Below, in pieces: positions 1 to 5,676 of a stretch of DNA of 6,284 nucleotides. Position 1 is the stretch's first letter; every line of letters begins with the position of its first letter. This stretch comes from a virus. Taxonomy: Duplodnaviria; Heunggongvirae; Uroviricota; Caudoviricetes. The position numbers and the translations under genes were made by a program. Location: IMG/VR virus record IMGVR_UViG_2778261344_000018. One strand, given 5' to 3'. Below the pieces are notes generated by a model. The model was not told where the DNA came from. It worked only from the letters and a program-made list of their open reading frames with translations, and did no database searches.

Positions 1-356
1 TCGCCGTCTGCCTCCGCAATGGCCACCGCCACATCCAGCACATCTTCCGCTTCACGCGTATCGTGTTTCACATCCTCGATCTCACGTAACGCCGCACGAC
101 GACCAATTTTAAAGTTCGTATCCAGCTGACCGATAATGGTTGCGCTAATCGCATTAATTTCTGACGTAAACGCGGACAACGCAGGCTGGTTACGCAAGAT
201 CTGCTCGATCTTCGCTTTCTCTGAAGCCTCACATTCACCATCTGCATAGGCCACCAGATAGGCAGCATTAATAACCGCCTGTGCCAGATCACGTTTCTCA
301 AACTTTTTAATTTCCACTGCCGCTCGGCGGGCTTTTTTACCAAAAATACCAAACAT
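1..356 (-). CDS. TerB-like domain protein (tellurite-resistance TerB family), 3' end beyond window start
   Basis: ATG at 356-354 (minus) preceded by AAGGAA SD; frame stays open to position 1 (so it is absent from the ORF track). My translation: MFGIFGKKARRAAVEIKKFEKRDLAQAVINAAYLVAYADGECEASEKAKIEQILRNQPALSAFTSEINAI... The AYADGE...E...I pattern resembles the TerB fold from memory; not verified by search. Confidence 0.5.
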   Translation of the reverse strand, partial: MFGIFGKKARRAAVEIKKFEKRDLAQAVINAAYLVAYADGECEASEKAKIEQILRNQPALSAFTSEINAISATIIGQLDTNFKIGRRAALREIEDVKHDTREAEDVLDVAVAIAEADG

Positions 357-486
357 CGTGACGTTCCTTTGGGTGGGTGAGCCAACGCCCGGGAGCGATC
401 TGCCCACAGAGAAAGTCACACTGACCACTCCGTAAGCTCACCCCCGAAAGGCTCTGTGGTTGATATGCGCCGGGCGTGGCGCGGAT

Positions 487-511
487 ACAAAAAAGGCCGC
501 CAATAGCGACC
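487..511 (-). terminator. Intrinsic terminator after the 69-aa ORF
   Basis: Minus strand reads GGTCGC-tattg-GCGGCC (one G.U pair) followed by TTTTTTGTAT; lies 35 nt past the stop of the 546..755 ORF. Confidence 0.5.
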
Positions 512-545
512 TCAGTTACGGGATTATTCTGGGGTTAAACGACTG

Positions 546-755
546 TTACTCCCCCCAGACAAAATCATCACTTCCTGTTCGATGCGAGCCATAGTGAACC
601 TCGTACTTATCTCCCATCTTTCTTGCTTCCGTTTCTGCGTCTTCCTCTGTCGCAAAAACCCCAACAAGATGCCAGGGCGAGCTTCTTACCACAGCCCAAC
701 CTTTAACCCATCCTTTGTTGTCCTTATCTTCCATTAACACTTCAGAAACAAACAT
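546..755 (-). CDS. Hypothetical small protein (69 aa), cargo gene downstream of the phage tRNA cluster
   Basis: Complete ORF with ATG at 755 and AAGGAG SD about 6 nt upstream; acidic, non-hydrophobic protein (MFVSEVLMEDKDNKGW...); no family recognised. Confidence 0.55.
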   Translation of the reverse strand: MFVSEVLMEDKDNKGWVKGWAVVRSSPWHLVGVFATEEDAETEARKMGDKYEVHYGSHRTGSDDFVWGE

Positions 756-807
756 ATTTATCTCCTTGTGGGTACCCAGAGATATTTTATGATTGCTCCC
801 GGTCAGA

Positions 808-1032
808 TCAATAAAGTGGCTTCAATTTTGCCTTAATGATCAAATCAGGGTGATTGACGGAATCGTACACCACCTCAATATTTTCATCCGTGGCGTCGAT
901 AAGATATTCTTTTACATAAGGACCTGTTGATTTTCCATGAAATACATCTTCAACAAGTACACTCTCCCCCTGAACAACACGAAAACTAACTTCTGTTTCG
1001 AACGGACCAATCGTCACCATCAGTTTTTTCAC
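808..1032 (-). CDS. Hypothetical small protein (74 aa; or 70 aa from the ATG at 1020)
   Basis: Complete ORF; strong AGGAGG SD at 1038-1043 just upstream of GTG 1032; soluble-looking (MKKLMVTIGPFETEV...), not a holin; no family recognised. Confidence 0.5.
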   Translation of the reverse strand: MKKLMVTIGPFETEVSFRVVQGESVLVEDVFHGKSTGPYVKEYLIDATDENIEVVYDSVNHPDLIIKAKLKPLY

Positions 1033-1081
1033 ATAGCCTCCTGATAAGCACTCGATTTATTAGTTAATGGTGTAACGCAGA

Positions 1082-1109
1082 TACAAAAAAAGGCCCGCAA
1101 AAGCGAGCC
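1082..1109 (-). terminator. Intrinsic terminator after the tRNA cluster
   Basis: Minus strand reads GGCTCGC-tttt-GCGGGCC followed by TTTTTTTGTAT, 14 nt past the 3' CCA of the last tRNA. Confidence 0.6.
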
Positions 1110-1122
1110 AAGTAAATAAATA

Positions 1123-1199
1123 TGGCGCGTTGTACTGGATTCGAACCAGTGACCGATTGCTTAGAAGGCAATTGCTCTGTCCGACTGAGCTAACAACGC
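1123..1199 (-). tRNA. argO: tRNA-Arg, anticodon UCU (reads AGA/AGG)
   Basis: 77-nt cloverleaf read by hand: acceptor GCGTTGT/ACAACGC, D-stem GCTC/GAGC, anticodon stem ATTGC/GCAAT with loop CTTCTAA, T-arm ACTGG-TTCGAAT-CCAGT, encoded CCA. Symbol follows the ileZ-argN-argO order remembered from Stx-phage literature. Confidence 0.85.
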
Positions 1200-1212
1200 A
1201 TGATGCTGATAA

Positions 1213-1289
1213 TGGACCGCCATCGGGGACTTGAACCCCGCACAGCCAGCTTCGAAGGCTGACGCTCTATCCCGATGAGCTAATGGCGG
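1213..1289 (-). tRNA. argN: tRNA-Arg, anticodon UCG (reads CGA/CGG)
   Basis: 77-nt cloverleaf: acceptor CCGCCAT/ATGGCGG, D-stem GCTC/GAGC, anticodon stem TCAGC/GCTGG with loop CTTCGAA, T-arm CGGGG-TTCAAGT-CCCCG, encoded CCA. C1:G72 and a U discriminator are atypical; isotype from anticodon only. Confidence 0.8.
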
Positions 1290-1296
1290 TTTGTGA

Positions 1297-1372
1297 TGGT
1301 GGCCCTTGCTGGATTTGAACCAGCGACCTGGCGATTATGAGTCGCTCGCTCTCACCACTGAGCTAAAGGGCC
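1297..1372 (-). tRNA. ileZ: tRNA with CAU anticodon, most likely tRNA-Ile2 (lysidine, reads AUA)
   Basis: 76-nt cloverleaf: acceptor GGCCCTT/AAGGGCC, anticodon loop CTCATAA, T-arm GCTGG-TTCAAAT-CCAGC, encoded CCA. Close to the E. coli ileX sequence as I remember it, which favours Ile2 over elongator Met. Confidence 0.8.
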
Positions 1373-1412
1373 GGGCGCAGGATAATAACGGTACGTAACT
1401 AATCCTGCAATA

Positions 1413-1505
1413 TCATCCGTTCTGACTGACTAAATCCTGAACTTCCCTGACCGTCTGCTCAAAACGTTCAGTCTCCAGCTCAACGCCAATTGCACGACGC
1501 CCCAG
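1413..1505 (-). pseudogene. 3' remnant of a DNA methyltransferase gene (about 30 codons)
   Basis: Minus-strand frame ending at TGA (1415-1413) translates ...AAMSLGRRAIGVELETERFEQTVREVQDLVSQNG*, which matches the conserved LGRRxIGxE segment that follows the SAM-binding motif in N6/N4 methyltransferases. No start codon or N-terminal domain; upstream the frame runs into the terminator hairpin. Confidence 0.35.
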
Positions 1506-1532
1506 CGACATTGCTGCTTTGACGCTACAGAC

Positions 1533-1563
1533 ATAAAAAAGCCAGCCACTGGGGGAGGCTGGC
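1533..1563 (-). terminator. Intrinsic terminator, candidate tR' of the late operon
   Basis: Minus strand reads GCCAGCC-tcccccagt-GGCTGGC followed by TTTTTTAT; about 250 nt downstream of the candidate late promoter. Confidence 0.6.
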
Positions 1564-1741
1564 AAACTCGTAGAGCAAAATGCTGTTACGCAAACTTCGT
1601 TACAGGGTCATCCTGCAATACAAAAAATACACAATATTTAGAAAACTAATAGTGCCATGTGCAATTTTTAAGATTTTGTTATTAATTGTGGTCGCACCTT
1701 CCTTTCTGTGTACTTTCCGTATAGCTCACAGGATTCTGGGT

Positions 1742-1768
1742 ACAAAAAAACCCGCGCATCGGCGGGTT
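1742..1768 (-). terminator. Intrinsic terminator just downstream of the candidate late promoter
   Basis: Minus strand reads CCCGC-cgatgc-GCGGG followed by TTTTTTTGTA. Confidence 0.55.
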
Positions 1769-1814
1769 CTTAAATCTTATCAACGGTAGACATACAAAGC
1801 CCATCGTTGGGAAA

Positions 1815-1843
1815 ATCTTATCCATATTTTTTGAAAAATGCAA
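1815..1843 (-). promoter_or_regulatory. Candidate sigma70 late promoter (PR'-like) directly downstream of Q
   Basis: Minus strand TTGCAT (-35; 1843-1838), 17-bp spacer, TAAGAT (-10; 1820-1815), starting 32 nt after the Q stop codon. Hexamer match only; no qut site identified. Confidence 0.3.
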
Positions 1844-1874
1844 GCATCATGTCGTCATCTTCGGCGAAAACCAT

Positions 1875-2627
1875 TTATCTTGTCACCTTTCTCAATTGTA
1901 TCTCTGCATATGCTTCTTCCTGCCAGCACTTTGTAACCAGTTTATCAATGACATCTGCATATCCTTTGTACCACTGATAATCCGTCAGGTCTGGTACCAG
2001 CTTCTGGACATGAAGCCGCGCCAGTGTGGTTGGTAAACTGCTAAACCGGTTTCCATTGCAACGCCCACAAACCTTATAAACAGGCGTGCCATGAAGCCGG
2101 GTTCTTTTTTCATCCAGGACAATACCTTTACCCTTGCACCCTCTGCATGCTGTGCTGACTTCTCCCTTACCATGACAATGCTGACATAGTTCCTTCACCC
2201 ACTCTTCCTTAATAACAGATTCCCCGCTTCTGGAGTGTTTCACCACCTCGCGCAATACATTATGAAATCCAGTACCAGCACAATGCTCACAGCGAGCCTT
2301 ACTTGCCGCAGACCTGGAATAATCAGCAAAGGCAAAATTCACAAGGTAAGGAATGATCTGTAGCCGGGTTTCTTCACTCAATTTATTCAATGTCGGGTTA
2401 TCCAGTGCCATCGCGTAATTGAGCAGACCTTCAATCGCAAACTGAGGATCCTGAACACCAACTTTTGCCAGGAATAAAGCAAACCCAAGCGGTGCTTTTG
2501 ACTGCACCATCCCCTGCGCAGCCATCACATCCGTAATTGTTAAACCACCAGAGCCTGTCGCCGGTGCGTCATCGCTCAGTTTTGGAGATTTCGGGGAGTA
2601 ATATTTCGGTAAGGCTTCAAGGTTCAT
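1875..2627 (-). CDS. Late antiterminator Q-like protein (250 aa) with four CxxCxGxG zinc-finger repeats
   Basis: ATG at 2627 with GGAGA SD upstream (the track ORF's first 14 codons lack an SD). Lies between a YdfU-like gene and the promoter/terminator/tRNA block, as Q does in lambdoid phages; 250 aa equals K-12 QuuQ. Contains CEHCAGTG, CQHCHGKG, CRGCKGKG, CGRCNGNR. Function inferred from synteny. Confidence 0.6.
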   Translation of the reverse strand: MNLEALPKYYSPKSPKLSDDAPATGSGGLTITDVMAAQGMVQSKAPLGFALFLAKVGVQDPQFAIEGLLNYAMALDNPTLNKLSEETRLQIIPYLVNFAFADYSRSAASKARCEHCAGTGFHNVLREVVKHSRSGESVIKEEWVKELCQHCHGKGEVSTACRGCKGKGIVLDEKRTRLHGTPVYKVCGRCNGNRFSSLPTTLARLHVQKLVPDLTDYQWYKGYADVIDKLVTKCWQEEAYAEIQLRKVTR

Positions 2628-2640
2628 GCTCGTTCTCCAC

Positions 2641-3690
2641 TTACGCCAGTACGCCAATTGCCAGCGCACGATCGATAAAACGAAATATCAGCTCCAGCTG
2701 AGAGCCATACTTCTCTTCAAATGCCACGGTATCCGCATGAAGCTCGTTGTGATGCTCCCGACACAGCGGTAGCGTGAAAATATCGTGAGATTTTGTCCCC
2801 ATTCCGCCCTGACCATGACCAATCAGGTGATGGGGATCGTCGGCTGGCTTACCACAACACGCACACGGCTGTGTCTTTACCCAGCGTGTGTATTTCTCAT
2901 TTACCCAGCGGCGACGTTTAGGTCGTTTCATGAAGGATTCCGGAGACTCCGGATCAACGGCAATGCTGACCACCGTCTTTTCCTGTGGTGGGTTCTGTTG
3001 CTGGTGGGTGTGAGGCGGTAGCGCAATATTTTTTGTGCGCTGCTTCAGTATGCTGGTGGCGGTCTGTTCTCCCGGTATGATGTCGCTTTCACGGTATACG
3101 GAGCGGATTTTTTCCGCACGCAACCCCAGCGAACGACGTAATACCGCTTCCGGTAGCGCGTCCGCCACCTGATTGCGGACCGCCCACCAGGATAATTCAG
3201 CCAGCGATAATTCCCGTTCCTGTATGCCATTCATTGCGTGGCGGATGACGTCAATCATCCATGCTGACAGGTTTTGTTGAGCAAGTTGCTCGAGTGATTC
3301 TGATGTCTGGTCGCGCAGCTGGTTGTCACAGTGCCAGCACAACACCATCGCGCCGGTACCATAACGGTGAATGACTGTTTCGCTGTGATGATAATCGCCG
3401 TGTGGCCACTGGCAGGATTTCACGTGACGTAATAACCAGTCAGACAGTGCACCTGCACCACCTGCTGCACGAATAACCCGCTCATCGCTGAAAAATGGCA
3501 GTAATGTTTTATCCTCTGCCAGCGGCTGGCGAACGGCAGGAACGACTCCGGACGGCAGACCGCGCATGTTTTTCGGTTCCGGCTCCACCAATATTCTGCC
3601 GTTATGGAATACTGACATTGATTCACGGCCTGGCTTAACGATAACCAGACCGAGTTCCGGTACCAGAACAGGTCGAAGTAATACCCGCAC
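2641..3690 (-). CDS. ydfU: DUF968-family protein with C-terminal HNH-type motif (YdfU-like, 349 aa)
   Basis: Complete ORF with GTG start at 3690 and GGAGG SD overlapping the upstream stop. C-terminus CACCGKPADDPHHLIGHGQGGMGTKSHDIFTLPLCREHHNELH is an HNH-like Cys/His motif. Length equals K-12 Qin YdfU and it sits immediately upstream of Q. Confidence 0.65.
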   Translation of the reverse strand: MRVLLRPVLVPELGLVIVKPGRESMSVFHNGRILVEPEPKNMRGLPSGVVPAVRQPLAEDKTLLPFFSDERVIRAAGGAGALSDWLLRHVKSCQWPHGDYHHSETVIHRYGTGAMVLCWHCDNQLRDQTSESLEQLAQQNLSAWMIDVIRHAMNGIQERELSLAELSWWAVRNQVADALPEAVLRRSLGLRAEKIRSVYRESDIIPGEQTATSILKQRTKNIALPPHTHQQQNPPQEKTVVSIAVDPESPESFMKRPKRRRWVNEKYTRWVKTQPCACCGKPADDPHHLIGHGQGGMGTKSHDIFTLPLCREHHNELHADTVAFEEKYGSQLELIFRFIDRALAIGVLA

Positions 3691-3691
3691 G

Positions 3692-3961
3692 TTACCTCCA
3701 GATGCGCTGCTGGAATGTGCGGGACGGACGCGGTGGGCGTTCGGAATAAGGGAGCCTGGCGGAGATTATCCAGTGACGACGATCGAAGCTGAGATCTTTC
3801 TGAAACTCGTAACCACGCCTGCGGTAACACTGGATCAGCCATTCGGCCTGTTCTTCAGTGCATAGGGGATGCTGGAACCAGTCGGTTTTAAATACGTGCG
3901 AACACCGCCCTTGCCTACTGGCAAGGGCGGCAGAATTGTGCAATCTGCTATCGTGCGCCAT
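3692..3961 (-). CDS. Rem-like small prophage protein (89 aa)
   Basis: ATG at 3961 with GGAG SD 7 nt upstream; its stop abuts the start of the YdfU-like gene. Called Rem-like by position only. Confidence 0.45.
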   Translation of the reverse strand: MAHDSRLHNSAALASRQGRCSHVFKTDWFQHPLCTEEQAEWLIQCYRRRGYEFQKDLSFDRRHWIISARLPYSERPPRPSRTFQQRIWR

Positions 3962-4014
3962 CGGGATCTCCGGTGGCACGGTGTTTCTCAGCGACGGTTC
4001 AAGTCAGCCTGATT

Positions 4015-4242
4015 TTATAGCTGCTTCTGAATATCATCAACAGGTAATCCTGCCAACTCTCTTACCTCAGAAAGAAGAGAAAGGCTTACAACAACCTCAT
4101 TACTTCGCATAACAAAACCACATTGAAAAGAACCATCACTGTTTCTGTAAACAACAACCGGGCGCGTGCTCTCATAAAACCCCGGGATCAAACTGGCTGG
4201 GATTTTCACAACACCTCCTGACGTAAAGGAAATGAAATGCAT
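4015..4242 (-). CDS. Small protein (75 aa) with possible AbrB/MazE-like swapped-hairpin motif
   Basis: ATG at 4242 with a GAGAGAAG-type SD. The segment VKIPASLIPGF...RPVVVYRNSDGSFQ resembles the AbrB/MazE/SpoVT signature; weak, eye-only. Divergent from the plus-strand TA operon. Confidence 0.4.
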   Translation of the reverse strand: MHFISFTSGGVVKIPASLIPGFYESTRPVVVYRNSDGSFQCGFVMRSNEVVVSLSLLSEVRELAGLPVDDIQKQL

Positions 4243-4430
4243 TATCGCTTCTCTCGGACTATAACCATGAAAAGAGACGCATTTCACTCAGTAAATCTGA
4301 GGATTTTATGCGCAAGAACAATGACTTTTTCTGTCTGCCGTTTATACAATCTGAATTACGTCTGTTTTTTGAACACCGATAAATCAGCAAGCATTCTCAA
4401 ATAAAGATTGCCTCCATAGTCCACATGGTG

Positions 4431-4449
4431 TAACACTATGTGTTATATA
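4431..4449 (+). promoter_or_regulatory. Extended -10 promoter (TGtTATATA) overlapped by an inverted-repeat operator for the TA operon
   Basis: TAACAC-tat-GTGTTA inverted repeat at 4431-4445 overlaps TGT+TATATA at 4441-4449; GAGG SD at 4457-4460; ATG at 4466. Confidence 0.45.
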
Positions 4450-4465
4450 AAATGCAGAGGCAGGT

Positions 4466-4837
4466 ATGCGAATTTTCAAAAACGCCTGGTTTGAACGTTT
4501 CGCCCGAAAACATCGGATTTCCGATAAATCGCTGCGCAAAATCGTGGAGCAGGCCGATAAGGGGATCATATCCGCAAATTTGGGTAGTGGTGTCATTAAA
4601 CAAAGATTAGCCCGAAGTGGTGGCGGAAAATCAGGCGGTTACCGGACAATAATTTTTTACCGCGTTGCAGAAAAAGCCTTTTTCATCTACGCATACGCAA
4701 AGAATGAACGAGAGAATATCACTGCTATAGAGGAAAATGCTTTTCGAAAAGCCGCTCCCCATGTCCTCAATCTTACTGATGAACAGCTGGCACAATTGAT
4801 TCAACAAGGCCAGTTCACGGAGGTACCCAATGAGTAA
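4466..4837 (+). CDS. Type II toxin, RelE/ParE superfamily (HigB-2-like), 123 aa
   Basis: Complete ORF, ATG at 4466. Core ...RLARSGGGKSGGYRTIIFYRVAEKAFFIYAYAKNERENI... matches the Gly-rich/RxI(I/F)Y/KNE pattern of HigB-2-type toxins as I remember them; its stop overlaps the next gene's start by 8 nt. Confidence 0.6.
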   Translation: MRIFKNAWFERFARKHRISDKSLRKIVEQADKGIISANLGSGVIKQRLARSGGGKSGGYRTIIFYRVAEKAFFIYAYAKNERENITAIEENAFRKAAPHVLNLTDEQLAQLIQQGQFTEVPNE

Positions 4838-5147
4838 AAATTACCGCAGTGATGCACTTGCATCTGTACATGAAATGATGGAGTCACTCCATGATATCGG
4901 TGCAATCACAAAACAAACTATGCGCGAATTCGATGAAACTTGTCTTCAGCCTGCGCCGGTAATGTCTCCGGAAAGGATCCGTGCACTGCGAGAACGAGAG
5001 CATCTGTCTCAACCTGTTTTTGCCAGATACCTCAACGTCAGTAAAAACCTGATATCAGACTGGGAACGAGGAGTGAAACGCCCGGGAGGTGCAGCTCTTC
5101 GGCTTCTTTCAGTTGTCGAGAAAAACGGGATCCAGGTAATATCCTGA
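4830..5147 (+). CDS. HTH (XRE/Cro-C1 type) antitoxin, HigA-2-like, 105 aa
   Basis: ATG at 4830 with GGAGG SD 6 nt upstream, translationally coupled to the toxin. C-terminal SQPVFARYLNVSKNLISDWERGVKRPGGAALRLL is a typical helix-turn-helix. Confidence 0.65.
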   Translation: MSKNYRSDALASVHEMMESLHDIGAITKQTMREFDETCLQPAPVMSPERIRALREREHLSQPVFARYLNVSKNLISDWERGVKRPGGAALRLLSVVEKNGIQVIS

Positions 5148-5155
5148 TATTCTAA

Positions 5156-5190
5156 TACAACAAAACCCGCCGAAGCAGGTTAAGTGCGGG
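5156..5190 (-). terminator. Probable terminator of the hok transcript
   Basis: Minus-strand stem ACCCGC/GCGGGT (5165-5170 with 5186-5191) with a 15-nt loop, followed by TTTTGTTGTATT. The large loop lowers confidence. Confidence 0.35.
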
Positions 5191-5220
5191 TGCGTTGAGG
5201 ATGCCTGACACATCAGAGGT

Positions 5221-5242
5221 GGCGAGGGATTTCTCCCTCGCC
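5221..5242. other. Perfect 9-bp stem hairpin in the convergent intergenic region
   Basis: GGCGAGGGA-tttc-TCCCTCGCC lies between the ends of the plus-strand TA operon and minus-strand hok. No clean U-tract on either strand; could be part of the hok 3' fold-back element. Confidence 0.4.
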
Positions 5243-5249
5243 AGGTCTC

Positions 5250-5405
5250 TTACTCCTCAGGTTCGTAAGCTGTGAAGACAGCGACCTCCGTCTGGCCGGT
5301 TCGGATTCGTACCTCGCAGAGGTCTTTCCTCGTTACCAGTGCCGTCACTATGACGGTTAAACAGATGACGATCAGGGCGATTAACATCGCCTTTTGCTGC
5401 TTCAT
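5250..5405 (-). CDS. hokD: Hok/Gef-family membrane toxin (51 aa), HokD-like
   Basis: ATG at 5405 with AAGGAG SD. MKQQKAMLIALIVICLTVIVTALVTRKDLCEVRIRTGQTEVAVFTAYEPEE has the single TM helix and conserved Cys/Glu C-terminus of Hok. The track's 70-aa ORF is an in-frame extension from ATG 5462 with no SD. Confidence 0.85.
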   Translation of the reverse strand: MKQQKAMLIALIVICLTVIVTALVTRKDLCEVRIRTGQTEVAVFTAYEPEE

Positions 5406-5639
5406 AGCCTGCTTCTCCTTGCCTTTCGGCACGTAAGAGGCTAACCTACATGTGCAAAGCATGAAATTGGCCTCAGATTAATGTTAAGCGTCCTGCAAGA
5501 CGCGTAATGTTAACTGGGGCTTTTCTCTGTCTGCCTTACGGCGGCATGCCCGAGGCAGACAGCCTCAAGCACCCGCAGCAATTCTACTTAACTCTTCTTT
5601 CCCCGCAAATCATTTTATCCCCGATGGTAATGTTCTCCC

Positions 5640-5659
5640 GATATGGGAATTCCCATATC
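5640..5659. repeat. Perfect 20-bp palindrome centred on GAATTC
   Basis: GATATGGGAA|TTCCCATATC is exactly self-complementary; it lies 18 bp past the stop of the truncated gene and upstream of the hok leader. No U-tract, so more likely a dimeric-protein binding site than a terminator. Confidence 0.5.
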
Positions 5660-5676
5660 AAGGTTAACTCAATCGG

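Noticed and set aside
68-385. 105-aa minus-strand ORF from the track
   Set aside because: Wrong frame: the translation is Arg/Trp-rich nonsense, while a different minus frame (ATG at 356, SD present) gives a coherent TerB-like protein that runs off the window.
1-1122. Expectation of stxAB or lysis genes (S, R, Rz) directly downstream of the tRNA cluster
   Set aside because: None of the three ORFs resembles a Stx A or B subunit (no signal peptide, wrong sizes) or a holin (no transmembrane segments); the slot holds different cargo.
1580-1789. 69-aa plus-strand ORF between the two terminators
   Set aside because: Lies antisense in the AT-rich late leader region, has no SD and a low-complexity hydrophobic translation, and spans two minus-strand terminator hairpins.
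1985-2173. 62-aa minus-strand ORF inside the Q gene
   Set aside because: Alternative frame fully embedded in the longer, better-supported Q-like CDS.
2785-3230. Plus-strand 78-aa ORF (2785..3021) and minus-strand 61-aa ORF (3045..3230)
   Set aside because: Both lie entirely within the YdfU-like CDS in other frames or on the opposite strand; no SD; Arg/Trp-rich translations typical of off-frame reading.
3420-3865. 140-aa minus-strand and 99-aa plus-strand ORFs overlapping the YdfU-like and Rem-like genes
   Set aside because: Shadow ORFs of the supported CDSs; no independent start signals.
3858-4112. 84-aa plus-strand ORF
   Set aside because: Antisense to and overlapping both the Rem-like gene and the 75-aa ORF; no SD.
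4384-4596. 70-aa minus-strand ORF
   Set aside because: Overlaps the TA promoter and toxin 5' end on the opposite strand; the plus-strand toxin has far better start signals and family features.
5406-5462. In-frame 19-codon N-terminal extension of hok (70-aa track ORF), considered as a possible Mok
   Set aside because: No SD before ATG 5462 and the hok ATG has a strong one; Mok in known hok/sok loci is, as far as I recall, an overlapping frame rather than an in-frame extension.
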